From contig NIVC01001487.1 in NCBI GenBank assembly GCA_002269645.1, positions 1 through 64,000 on the forward strand: a stretch of 64,000 nt of DNA, in the 5' to 3' direction. The notes under the pieces were generated by a model. It did no database searches. It had not been told where the DNA came from and saw nothing but the letters and a program-made list of their open reading frames with translations. Source of the stretch: Macrostomum lignano. Its lineage: Eukaryota. Of the stretch, positions 35,207 to 48,200 are shown in pieces. The translations under genes were made by a program, and so were the position numbers. Position 1 is the first letter of the stretch, and each line of letters opens with the position of its first letter.

Positions 35207-35869
35207 ATGCGTCAGTTTTTCATCCTAGCTTTGCTAATCCCTGCCGGCCTGTGCAGCAAAAATTTATTCAACATCGAAAGACACCAGAGCGCCGAGGCCC
35301 CAGCTGCATCAAAGCTCATCGCAGGTCGCGGCCGCATCCAGTGCGCCAGGGACTGCGCACAGGCGCCCGACTGCTTCGGTTTCAGCTGGCTGGAGGGCCT
35401 CTGCCGACTCTTCAGCTGGTCTGCCTTCGTCAGTCAGCCCTGGCAGAGCTCTGGCCTATGCGATGTCTACGTCAGAAAGATTGAAACACGGTCAAGGAGA
35501 CTGCAGTTTGTTGGCTGTCAGCAGAGCTCAAACCCAGATAACTGCGGCCGCGCCATTGACGGAAACAGGAACCAGAGATACTTCGCCTATTCCTGCACTC
35601 ACACAAAAAATGACCCATCCGAATGGTGGGAGGGCCAGCTCGCTGCCCCATCGCTAATCAGTTACGTCACCATCTACAACAGGCAGGACTGCTGCGCTGA
35701 GCGACTCAATAACTTCTCGCTGTTGTTGGACGGAGTTGAGTGCAACCAGGTGAACTTGGCTGTGCCGTTCTCCGTTGCCAACTTTACCTGCAACGCCTTT
35801 GGCAGCAGAATCCGCGTGGTTAACCGGCACAACTATCTCACCATCTGCGAGTTGGAGGCCTATAACTGA
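35207..35869 (+). CDS. Secreted PAN/Apple + F-type (fucolectin) lectin, single exon, 220 aa
   Basis: Signal peptide MRQFFILALLIPAGLCS; PAN core CARDCAQAPDCFGFSWLEGLCRL; exact F-type lectin motif H-x26-R-x-D-x4-R (CTHT...NRQDCCAER); AIDGN and LTICELEAY motifs. Confidence 0.92.
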   Translation: MRQFFILALLIPAGLCSKNLFNIERHQSAEAPAASKLIAGRGRIQCARDCAQAPDCFGFSWLEGLCRLFSWSAFVSQPWQSSGLCDVYVRKIETRSRRLQFVGCQQSSNPDNCGRAIDGNRNQRYFAYSCTHTKNDPSEWWEGQLAAPSLISYVTIYNRQDCCAERLNNFSLLLDGVECNQVNLAVPFSVANFTCNAFGSRIRVVNRHNYLTICELEAYN

Positions 35870-36013
35870 ACCTCAACAAAATTATTGGCGTGCAGCTACT
35901 AAGTTGATGAACAATTGAAGGTTGAACTTAGCGAATTAAAACTACTTAAGAATACAATTTCAAATTGGAAGCAAATTTGTAATTTATGTTTCGCTAAATT
36001 AGGGTGAATGAGA

Positions 36014-36641
36014 GTCAGAAACAGTCAAAAGTTCCACACTCCAAGCGAGATGAAAATTGTCTGACTTATTGCGACAACTTCTCACTCACAATTCAATTAC
36101 CCTCAAGTTACGCAACTAAGCCGCCGCGAGGAAGGGAAAGTTGATTGAATCAATAATAAACGTCATTCGCACAAAATCATAACAAATATATTTCTATGCC
36201 ATACGCTGTTAGAATCAAGATGCTTGATAACGCGTGTGGGATCCCCTCGCACGCAGAAGTGCGGCGACTCTGCGGGGCATCCCCAGGACGAGGCCTGGAA
36301 GAAAGTCCTGGGAAAGCTGCTGCCGCCAAGCGATTTTCATCTCACGACGCAGCTCCGCAACATTCTGTGGTGGATTCTCTTTTCGAATGCTGCGTTTTAG
36401 GAAGTCCCAGACATGCTCGATGGGATTGGGACCGGGAGGCCAGCACAGAGTGCGCAGTTGTAGCTGTTCTTCCAGTTGACTAACAGCATCGGCTCGGTGT
36501 GGCGGCCTAATGGTACCATTAAGCAGACCCAAGCCTCCCCCAAGTGGCTAATAAGCTTCGCGCGTGCCGTAAGTTGCGTCACTCGCAATAAGTGTGAAAA
36601 TGCATCTCGCTTGTAGGGTGGAACTTTTGACTGTTGCTGAG
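36014..36641 (-). mobile_element. Degenerate deleted Tc1-like element
   Basis: ~60-bp imperfect TIRs (ACAGTCAAAAGTTCCAC...CAAGCGAGATG) at both ends, TA at 36642-36643; C-terminal Tc1 fragment WPP..NPIEHVWDFLKR...MPRRVAALLRARGSHTRY at 36215-36480. Confidence 0.7.
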
Positions 36642-37929
36642 TATATTTTGATAAATCTAATAAATTAGCGCTATTTAACGGCGTTATTAGATGAGGTTCT
36701 TCTCTGCTGGCCTTCCAGTGCGTGTGGAAATTTGAGAGTTTGAAGCAATTATTTTTCCTTCTCCCGCTCCGAGGCTGCCGTGACTTGTGGAGCTGAATGG
36801 CCGTAAAGGAGAAATGCAGGTCATTGAAGCGGGTTCGAAGATGGGAGCAGTGCTTCTGCGCAGTTACCTTGTGACCCGCAGCCTTCGCTATCCGCGCCAT
36901 CAAGCACAATGAATCTCAACGAGAATTTCTTTATTCAGGCGACCATTGTTTCCTTGCCAAGACAGTTTAGTGGGAAACCTGCTCAGAAGCAGCTTTTACT
37001 CAAGACTTTCTGCTTCTCCTTTGTCTGAAAAGGTTTTTGTCTGAAATTTTTTACAGAAAGTCACGTGCTTGCGGATACAGAATCGGTGGCCTCTCAGCAA
37101 TAGTTTACCCGTGAGATTTTCTACTGACATTTTCTGCAGCATGTCAAATTCAAGAAAGTTCCCACAGATACAATCCACAGAAAAAATGCTGCGGCTTGAG
37201 TGACGATGAAGCAACAAATCTGTTTCTGCAGTCTCCGTGGTACAAGCGCGTCAATGCGAAGGCTGCAGGCAAGACGACTAACCTGCCGGATTCGTGCTGT
37301 GTGGAGGTCGGGGCAAAGTGCAGATAAGCCGATTACTTTAAGGAGGCTCGAAAAAAGAATTTCGAGCACGAGGTAAGCTCGAATGTGTTGTGCCGGCGTG
37401 CACATGCACTGTTGAGCGATCTACGAGTATTTAGCCCCCAGTGAGGGTGAACCCGCCATTGCACCTTTCCTCACATGCCCACCACCCCCGCCCTGTCTGG
37501 TGGCCCCAATTGTTAAATGCTTAAGATGTTTACGCGCCAGCCTTGCGACCGCCCCACCCCCCTTTCTGTGTGATTGGCTGAACTACTCGCCCCACGCTCC
37601 CCCGTTCCCCAGTTACAATTTGATTCGTTGTGTACGCGCTTGTGCCGACCAATCGGCGGCCGAGAAATGGCTGTTGGGTCCTAATTCCAAACCCTATAGA
37701 GATTTAGGTTGGGGTTTGTTTGTGACAAATATCAATATGTGTTGGGGGTGAGCAAGGAAGAGCGCCCTTATTGAACCTATCTCGACGACTAAGTTTACAA
37801 CGAGAAACGCTCCAACGGTTGAAACCTCTTGGCCGCTCTGCCTCGCTCCACCGTGTAGTATAGCTACCAGTCTTCAAAGGAAATTAACAGCGAGTTTTTT
37901 CGCTTAAGTTGCTTGGGAACACTGCCTTC

Positions 37930-39450
37930 GGGAACGTTCAAGGTGTGGGATCTAAGGACGGACCGGCTCAGTGTCTTGACGCGATCTCACGCTCAGCCAT
38001 TTGTCTGGTACTGTGATGATTTGAGCTTGAAACAACCAAGATTGCCACCAAGTCTCGCAAATAAATCTTCGATCCCCTCGCTGTGGGTAGTGCTCTTGCT
38101 TTGCGACCTAGTTAAATGTGCTAGTCTCTTGTAGTCTCCGCATATTCGTACAGAACCGTCCTTCTTTACTACTGGCACAATCGGGGCAGCCCATCGAGAA
38201 TCCGCTATTGCAGTGATGATTCCTTCTGATTTCATGCGCTGAAGCTCTAAATCGATGGTCTTGCGCAGAGCATAGGGAATCGTTCGCGCTTTGTAAAAAC
38301 TTGGCGTTGTGTTTTCTTGTAAATGGAGATCGACTTCACTGAGGCGATACTTACCGAGACCCTCGGCGAAGACATCCAGAAACTGACAGACCAGCTCAGT
38401 GGCCATATCGTTAGGTGCCATCATTACTGCCATCACCGAGTTGGCGGGTGCCATCAAGAGAGGCCAGTCTATAGGCGGATGACGGTTAGCCAGTCGCGTC
38501 CCAGGCGTCAAGCGCTGCCTTCAGACACCACCAGTAGCCACCTGTCCTCCGTAAGTGACCTTCACTGTTACTTCTCCGATTGGAGAGAACTCCTCGTCGG
38601 TGTAGGTTCGTAGAGTCGTATTGGACGGATGCAGTCGCAGGTGAGAGACAGATGGTTATCATAGAATGTCTTGGGAACGAGACTTACAGCATATTCTGTG
38701 TCCAGCTCGAAATTGAGATTGCAATTCCTCGATTTGCAGGGGTATCAGAATCGGGGACTTGAAAGTCATTGAGACATGAAATATTGGCTCCTCGTAGTTT
38801 TCTTCATCGTACTGCGACCCGGTTTCATTCTCCTCCAGGATTTTCACAGATTTTGCTGAGCTGCAAACCTTCCTAATGTGGCCAACCTTCACGCAAGCAT
38901 GGCATTTCGAGTTACGGAATTTACAGTTCTGACGCGAATGCGGACCTCCACAGCTGTCGCAGGTGCCTGGCTTGGATGCTGATCCAGCGGGAGCAGTGTG
39001 TGTTGCAGCGCTCTCGGGCCGCCACTGAGGGATTCGCACTGACGATTGACGATTTGTGAGCAGCTTCGAGGTCCAAGGCCAGTTTGATCAGCCCAGCATA
39101 CGAATGATCCGAACTCTCGAGTAGCTTAGAGCGGAAATTGTCGCTTCTCATTCCGAACAAAAATTGATCTCGAAGTCGCTCCTGAAGGCATCCACCGAAA
39201 TTGCAATGGTTTGCAGCGCTTTTCAGTCCTGCCAAGAAGTTAGCGAAAGATTCACCATCTTGCTGAAGACGTTGCTGAAATTTGAAACGTGCGGCGACCT
39301 CCGAAGGTTCGGGCGAGCAATGCTTCTTTAGTCGTGCAGCTCTTCGTAGGATTTTTCAGTCAGTTTCTGTGGCTGACACAAGTCGCGAAGCAATTTGTAG
39401 TACTTCTCACCAATGGCAGTAAGAAAGACAGCACGCTTGGCCTCGCCAGT
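37930..39450 (-). pseudogene. Degenerate Ty3/gypsy (Mag-like) gag-protease-RT relic
   Basis: Frameshifted pieces: ERLRDQFLFGM (gag), CHACVKVGHIRKVC zinc knuckle, KARTIPYALRK...WAAPIVPVVKKDGSVRICGDYK and IEDLFARLGG (start of RT); truncated, paired LTRs not identified. Confidence 0.85.
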
Positions 39451-41439
39451 CTCAACCTTGTTGAAATCCCAGGAAAAATTTTTTTTATTATTTTTTATAA
39501 AAAGTGTTGTAGTATGAACATACTTGGGCCCAAAACTAGTTTATTATACTGCGTGCTAATTTCCGTTATTTGCCTCACGTCGCGTGGCGTCTTTTTAAAC
39601 CTGTCTGTCAGAATTTTCGTTTTCGTTTTTCAAATTACCTAATGGACAGACTTGGTAATTGGTTTTGATTGGTAGTTGATAAGCTTCCGCTTGGTTGGTT
39701 GGTACCTGGTACCTTGTAGTTGCTAGTTGCTCTAGTATCTGATGCTGTGTGAGAGCGAGAGTAGATAGTCTCAGTAGATCGAGTCAATTTAGAGCTTCTG
39801 GAACTTTATTAATACTTTTCTTTCTACACGTTTCTACTTTATACTGTATACTGTACATTCGACAGATAAGCTTTAACAGTACACGATACATACATGTATA
39901 TCGCATTTGTAATTTGTGGCATCAAAGATTTAAATGTAAAATTTAATGCAATGTAAATTTTGATTTAGATTTGCTTCTTAACTACTAATATAGTAGTACT
40001 TTTAAGCTACTTAAATACGTCACAAGATAATGCTGTTTTTAATCTACAAATAGATCATTAACTATATAACAATAACAAACAGAAGCAAAAAAACGTTTAG
40101 CGCATATTTTGACTTAAAATTTTAACCCAGAAGCTTAAAAATCAGTATTTTTCTGATCGCGGAATTGAATATCGGGATTGGCAGAATTCCGGGATCGCAA
40201 AAAACCGGGATTTTGCAATCCTTATTCGAAAGTGACACGTTGGTCTTTTATATTGTATTTAGAATTGAGTGGTTTGGACGAATGACGCACACAGCAGAGA
40301 AGTACTGTACGTAAAAATAGGAATCGATCAGCTCAGTGGAGGGGGAGGGTGTAAAATGGAAAGATAAATTAAGCAGCCAAACGCACAGTTCATCGATATA
40401 AGATAGCCAATTCACAGGTACCAGATTTGCACCTGTTTGCTTGAGTTGTTTCATACAAACGCTTTAAATGGGCCAGTCTTGCCTCTGGTGCATACATGTA
40501 AGCCAAATTCAGTTGGCGTTAGTTTGGAGTAAATCGGCGAAATTCGTGTGCAAATTGGATTAGCTAGCTGTAATAATTCGACTGCATGCTGACATTGCCC
40601 AAAATTTCTCTTCATGACAATGGCAATGGCCGGCCATTACCTAGAATTCCAATTTTAATGCAACCATTGTAAAGCGTATCTTGCATCACTAATTTAAACT
40701 TTGATTTTAAGATTCCAATGATTAAACTACTCGTACATAGGAATTGCAAAAATCTAGAGTACAAACAGCACAGTATCAGCGTATCATGTAATTTTTGTAG
40801 GTGATGATCATCATACTGCTGGTCGAGCCCTCTTTTGTGTGATCCCTCGAAAAAAATTGGCCTCATTTGATGGCGGTGTGAATGAGCCTTTAAACAATGA
40901 TGCTCATCGGAAGTCAGAGTTTAAGGCAATGAGTCAGCTAACTCATTAATTTGAGCACTAACCTCGCATGAGCGTGTTTACTCAACCAGTAACTGACTGC
41001 TCGTGACTTCTCGACTATGCGCCCAAAAAAGAAAAATTCTATTAAAGGCTTTTCTTCATTGGCTTATCATTGGCAGTCTGCATTGAAGCAGAGAGTTGAT
41101 CTCTGTAATGATTGTCACCCATGCGGATTTTTTAGTTTAATTTAAAGATTTTTGGGACTGCGTTCATCTTCTAGAGCAGTGCTAATCTGCTGTGAGAAGT
41201 GCAAACTCGCAGAGAGTATTACGAACCTGGGGGAGCAGTGCTGAGCTGTGGGGAGTGGGGAATCTGGGGGAGGGTAGTAATTCGGGGAAGCTGTGCTAAT
41301 CTGACTTATGCAATGAAGTAATATGTATAAGACGAATTCAAATCAAATTATAATTGAAAGTTGCAAACTTTAAGTTTCGATTTATTGAGAAATATGGAGA
41401 TTTGTGGATAACTGCTCAGGGATTGTGCGAAACAGTGCA

Positions 41440-41690
41440 GGTGAAGCATTTCTAAACTGCTGGTGAAGCATTGCTAAACTGCTGGTGAAGCATTGCTAAA
41501 CTACTGGTGAACCATTGCTAAACTACTGGTGAACCATTGCTAAACTACTGGTGAAGCATTGCTAAACTGCTAGTGAACCATTGCTAAACTGCTGGTGAAC
41601 CATTGGTAAACTGCTGGTGAACCATTGCTAAACTGCTGGTGAACCATTGCTAAACTGCTGGTGAACCATTGGTAAACTACTGGTGAACCA
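41440..41690. repeat. 22-bp minisatellite (TGCTGGTGAACCATTGCTAAAC)
   Basis: Period 22 measured; about 11 copies. Confidence 0.95.
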
Positions 41691-42292
41691 CACAGGAGTC
41701 TTACTACTCTCAACTCTCGACTCTTCTATCGTTCCAAACTTTGCATCATTCATAATTCGCCCATGGTGAACTCCCAGCGGCCTCGGCCACCCGAAGCAAA
41801 TGCGGCGGCTTTGCAGCCACCAGATGCGCCCCGCAATCCAAGACGGACTCAGCGCCTTCGAATACAGCCTGTGTGACTTCAATGAACTGCAGTCAGCTGC
41901 AGAGCCATCCCCACTGCCTCTGAGAGAGGCAACCCCTGTTAAAAGCTGTAGCTGCCTGGTTGCCATGGCGACCGCAGCTATTGTATATTTCTGACTTGGG
42001 GCTTTTATATTGCAAGGTCTGCCTGCTGTGCGACTGCGGACTGAATTTTGCAAATGCTGAGAGATCACGGCAGAGTCAGCTTAGCTGGTGAGTCTGTTGA
42101 GCAAAGGACATGAGCTGGGCCTCCGCCCTCTGCATCCGCCTTCTACACCTGCCTTCTACATCCACCTTCTACATCCGCACTCTACATCCGGCCCTCTGCA
42201 TCCCTCCGTCTTCCTCACAAGTATTATCTCACCAGACCTGGAACTCCGCAGTGAGGTGACGGCTTTCACCCACTACTCCATATTCAGAACAA

Positions 42293-45200
42293 ATGCAGCT
42301 ACAACCCGCTCGTCAAGTCGCTCTGCTGCTGCTGCTGCTCGCTGCAGTCCCGCGTCACGTGACCGGAGCCGCCTCCTCTGTACAGACGTGGCATTCCAGT
42401 CGCGAGAGCCTCTTCGACTACGAGGCAGTGAGGTCGCTTTTCGTTGAGTCCGAAATCAAGTGCTCAGCAGCTGCCAGCGGCGACTCCACTGTGCAGCTGG
42501 TGGCGTTCAACGCCAGCTCCGGCCTGTGCGCTCACTTCAGGTGTCGCCTGGGCCTGAGCCACTGCAGGAAGTGCCGCAATGCGAACAAGGGGGCTCAGCG
42601 AGTGTGGGTGGGTTACTCTGTTAGATATGTAGCATTACTACCACAATTTAACGCGTGGTAACCTGGCACACCTGTTGTGTCACCTTGCAGACAGCCGGCA
42701 GTGGCTGCTGCACCACCGTGCAGCACAGGGTGTCCGGCTCAGTGGACTTTTACCGCAACTGGACTCAGTACCAGAGCGAGTTCGGCGAGGGACCCGACGG
42801 AAACTACTGGATAGGTAACCATTTGTATGGTTCTATAAGCTTTTTATTGGCATTGCTTCTTTGTCTGCAATTTTTAGCTAAGTGACTAGCAATCTACGCC
42901 CCCCGTTGGGGAGCCAAAGAAATGCAATACACGTTTTTTTAATAAGCTACATGTATCCTTGAAATCTTAAAAAATCTCCTGTCAAACCTTGTAAGCCTTG
43001 ACATGTCAGTAATTCCCCCCACAAGCTTTAACATATCAACTCCCCCCCTGACATCTCAGCAATGCCCCCAATAAGCCTTGAAAATCTAAAAATATCTGTC
43101 AACCTTCTAACCCTAATCCAAACCTAACCCTAACCCTAACCCTAGCCTAACCCTAGCCCTAACCCTAACCCTAACCCTAACCATAACCTAACCCTAAAGC
43201 ATTGAAATTTCAGTAATTCTCTCTAAGAGTCATTATAGCACTACTACAGCATTATTGCGATTCCCTGCAAGCCTCGACATCGTAGGGATTCCCAAATGAA
43301 TCTCTTAACTTCGACATGAAGCTTCTTTTATTTTTACATTACGCTTTTTTTATCAGCGATCCCTCCCCTGAGGAGGCATCAAATAATGTAATAAAAAGTT
43401 TTCAATAAACTACATGTAGCTTCTGGCTTTAGCCTTGAAATCTCATTTATACCCCAGTGAGCCTTGACATCTCAGCTATTCCCCCCGTAAGCCTTGACAT
43501 GTCAGTGATGGCCCCCATAAACCTTGAAATCTAAAAAATCCCCTGTTAACCTTGAAACCCGATAAAATATAACCCTCAACCCACACCTGACCTAAACCTA
43601 ACTTTAACCCAACCTAAAGCCTTGAAATCTCAGCAATTCTTCTCCCCTAAGCCTTGACATTTTAGTGATTCCTTCTTTAAGAATCACAGCACTATAACGA
43701 TTTCCACCAAGCTTTGACATCGTAGCAATTCCCAAATGAATCTTTTAACTTCGACATGACCTTTCTTTTATGTATACTTAGTGCTACTTTTATTTTTTAC
43801 ATGACTCTTCTTCTATCAGCGCCTCCCCCCGTGGCGAGCCAACAAAGAATGCAATAAAAAATTGAGTAAAGTACATGAACTTTGAAGTAGCTTCTGACTT
43901 TTGCTTTGACATCTCAGAACCACCCCCCCCGTAATCTCAGTTATTCTCTGAGAGCCTTTACGTCTCAGTTTTTCTCCCCAGCACAGCATTATAACTGCAT
44001 TTAATTTTTACATGACACCTTCATGTCTGACATGACGCTTCTTTTATTCTACCATGATGCTTCTTAATTTTTTAAATGACACTTTCATTAGTCTTTAAAT
44101 GAGGCTTCTATGATTTTTCATGACGCTTCTATGATTGTTTAAATGACGCTTCTATGATTGTTTACATGACGCTTCTATGATTTTTTACATGACGCTTCTA
44201 TGATTGTTTACATGACGCTTCTATGATTGTTTACATGACGCTTCTATGATTGTTTACATGACGCTTCTATGATTGTTTACATGACGCTTCTATGATTTTT
44301 ACATAACGCTTTTATGATTTTTTACATGACGCTTCTATGATTTTTTACATAACGCTTTTATGATTTTTTACATGACGCTTCCATGATTTTTTAGTTTTTT
44401 TGGCGTTAAAAAACTTTAATTAAAAAAACTCTCTAAAAATCCGAACCATCGTCCCTGCATTTAGCAGTCAGTCCGTTTACCTCTAGGCTAGCTCTCATCG
44501 TTTTGATAACATGAATTTTAGCACTTCTATAATATAATTATAAGTTTCAAAACTCCAAGCATAGAGTAAATCACACGAAGCAGTTATGACATAATCATAT
44601 GGTTACGCAATTTAAATCAAGTCTGGTGCTACGCTTCCACACTGCATTTTCAATTCAAGTCGGAGTTACAATTCAGTTATGATGCAATCTATTTCAGAAT
44701 CAGAATCAACCAGTCAGTTTTTTCTCTAGCATTCTTACAATGCATTTCAAGTCGAAAAGTTTGCTTGACCTTTGCAAAAAAGCATGTTTTTCGAATATTT
44801 TATGCCTTTAGCATCGAGCAATTTCTTAGCCACGATGCATGTACCGTCACGGGAAAATTTCTGATCGAACAGTGCAAGTCTCATGAAAATCGGTCCAGCC
44901 ATTTTTTCTCTAATCGATTGCGTACAAACAAACAAACAAGCAAGATTTTCATTTTTAGTATATTGGATGGAACGAGTGGAACTCCTCCTTCGGAGGAGAA
45001 AGGGGAAGAACTCCCATCACCGGAATTCCATTCCCTGAATTATCCATCAACTGAAATTCCATGTCTTGAATCCCATCTTCCAAATCGTCTCCAAATTCTT
45101 TACAAACCTTTAAAAGACCATAGCTCAAAGACTCTTACGTCTCTCATATCTACTCTCTCCTCTCTTCGCTATTATCGTGACTCGCTTCTCTCTCCTCTCT

Positions 45201-48200
45201 CTCATCTCATCTCTACCCCTACTCTCTTATTTATCTCTACTCCCTTATTTATCTCTTCTCCCTCGTCTTTCGTCTTTCTCTTCTCCCTCTCCTGTTTACT
45301 CTCCTATCTTCTATCTTATCTCTCCCCTTTTCTCTCCTCTCTCATATCTCATCTCTAATCACTTATCTATCGTCTCCGCTCTACTTTCTCTCTTCCCTTT
45401 TCTCTCTTCTCTCTGCTCTCATTTCTCGTATCTCTTATACGCTCTCAACCTCTCCTTTCTTATCTCCCATTTTTCTTCCCTCCTTTCTACTGCATCACCT
45501 GTCTCTTCTCCTCTCTTTTCTCTCCTCTCCATTCTCTCTTCTCTCCTCTCATCTCCCCTCATCTCTTCTCTAATCTCTAATCTCTTCTCTCTCTTATTTT
45601 CTCACTCATCTCTTTTCTCATTGCATCTCTCATCTCTCCTCTCTCTCCTCTCATCTGTACTATCTTATTTATCTCTTCTCCCAGGTCTTTCAAATTTACT
45701 CTCTCCTGTCTCCTCTCTCCCCTCGTCTTTCCTCTCTCATATCTCTTCTTTACTCACTTATCTATTCTCTCTCCTCTGCTCCCCTTTTACACTTTCCTAT
45801 ATGCTTTCACTCTCACCCTCCCCTTTCTTATCTGCTGTTTTTACACTCCTTTCTACCACCTGTCTCATCTCGTTTCTCTCCTCTCTGCACTCTCATCTTT
45901 ACCCTCTTCTTTCTCCTCACTACTTTCTTCTCTTAAATCTCTGATCTCTGATCTTTCATCTCTCTCCTCTCACCTCTCACCTCTCTCCTCTCTTTCCTCT
46001 CTTCTATTGCCTCTGTACGCTCTTATCCCTCCTTTCTTCTCTCTCCTGTCTCCTCTCTGCTATCTCACATCTCCTCTCTCATATCCTCTCCCTTCATCTC
46101 CTCTCTCCTCTTCTCTTCTCTCTCCTTCGTTCCCGCCTTACTCCCCTCTTCTCTCCCATCTGTCATGTCTAATCTCTCCACTCATTTCTACTCTGTTTTC
46201 TATCATCTCATCTCTCTTCTCTTTTCATTCTTCTCTTTACTCTCTTCTCTGACTGATTGAAGATGCCAAATCCATCAAGATCCTCTCCGCGAAGCAGAAA
46301 AATCCTGTCCGTGCAACTGAAAACCATCGAAATCCTCTCCGTGAAACTGGACTCCTTCGAAATCCTCTCCTTGAAACTTAAATCCATCAAAATGGTCTCC
46401 ATAAAACAGAAATCAATCATAAATTATCTCCGCGAAACAGAAATCCTCTCCGTGAAGCTGAACATCATCGAAATCCTCTCCGTGAAACTGAACATCATCG
46501 AAATCCTTTCCACGAAACTGAACACCATTGAAATCCTCTCCACGAAACTGAACACCATCGAAATCCTCTCCACGAAACTGAACACCATCGAAATCCTCTC
46601 CACGAAACAGAAATCCTCTTCGTCAAAATTAAAACATTGAAATCGTCTCTGCTAAACTGGACTCAATCGAATTTTTTCCGTCAAACAACTCAACTCTCCG
46701 GATTCATTGGTTAGGGTTAGGGTTAGGGTTAGGGTTAGAACTACGCACTGCTTCGTGTTAAAAGGCACTGATAAAAATATTAAACTAATTGAATCAATTC
46801 ATTGCGCAACTGATTTCACAGTCAGTCAGTCAATCTAGCCTATGGAGAGAAAAAAGGCGCCAATAATAAAACCAATTGAATCTCGACACAGTTCTATCTA
46901 TTTACACTGTACAACTGCTATGTACACTCAGCCCAAGCCCAACCCCCGTTCTGGGGGAAGCATTAAATTTAACTCGACCCCCAATACGCGGGGGGTTTTA
47001 TTTGCATTGAACGCAGAACACGCGCACCCACCACCCCTCAATACACAGCGGCCCGCGGGCGGAGGTAGGGGTGGCTATTTTTACAAACTGGCTGCAGCCC
47101 CAGTCAGAGTGGCCAAAGAAGGTTATTGGGGGTTAAAAAAGCAGTTTTCTGCGTTTTTAGGGATGTTAAAATGTGAAAATTAAAAATTAAAATAGCCTAA
47201 AGCCTGCTCCGGAAAATTTGCAGTTTTCCCATATAAGTTTCGACGTTGACTTGGCAGAATTGTAGGAGTTCACTTGCTACATACAGACAGACAGACATAC
47301 AGACAGAAAACATCGCGTCGGTTTTAGTATAAGGACGAGGCCAACTCCTCCTTCGGAGAAGAAAGGGGAAGAACTCCCATCACCGGAATTCCATTCCCTG
47401 AAATATCCATCAACTGAAATTCCACGTTTTGAACCCTATCTTCCAAATCGTCTCCAAATTCTTTACAAAACTTTTCAAAGACCTTTACAAAACTTTTCTC
47501 CTCTCTCTTGACTCTCTTCTCTCTCCTCTCTCTTATCTCATCTCTACCCCTACTCCCTTATTTATCTCTTCTCCCTCGTCTTTCGTCTGTACCCTCTCCT
47601 GTCTCTTGTCCCGTCTCTTCTCTCTTATCTCTCCTTCTTCTCTCCTCTCTCATATGTCATCTCTACTCACTTATCTATCGTCTCTCTTAACCCTCTCTCT
47701 CTCACTTCTCTTTTTTTCCTCTCCCTGCTCCTTTCATCTTCTCCCCTCTCTTCTCTAATCTCTAATCTCTTCTCTCTTATGTTCTCACTCATCTCTTCTC
47801 ATCGCATCTCTCATCTCTCCTCTCCTCTCCTCACTACTTTCCTCTCTTAACTCTCTCATCTCTGATCTTTCATCTCTCTCCTCTCTCCTCTCTCTCTTCT
47901 CCTTTCGCTTCTCTCTCCTCTCTCTCCTCTCATCTCTACTACCTTATTTATATCTTCTCCCTGGTCTTTTGTCTCTACTCTCTCCTGTCTCCTGTCTCCC
48001 CTCTTTTCTCCTCTCTTCTCTCTCCTCTCTCCCCTCCTCTCTCATCTCTCATCTCCTCATCTCACTCTTTCTTTCTCCTCTACTCTCCCCTCTCTTCTAT
48101 TTCCTCTGTACGCTCTTATCCCTCATCTATTCTCTCTCCTATCATCTCTCTTGTCTCTCTCTGCTATCTCATATCTCCCATCTCATCTCCTCTCTCCTCT

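Noticed and set aside
37540-37680. Promoter (GC box plus two CCAAT boxes)
   Set aside because: Short motifs with no linked gene or transcript evidence
39440-39950. 5' LTR and primer-binding site of the gypsy relic
   Set aside because: A TGGCGAG motif and two possible CAACA ends exist on the minus strand, but there is no second LTR to confirm boundaries
34910-40224. Orphan hAT-like ends (GGAACCCTA at 35034; GCAATCCTTA at 40224) with GGGAT subterminal repeats
   Set aside because: No partner TIR or TSD found in the window; not called as elements
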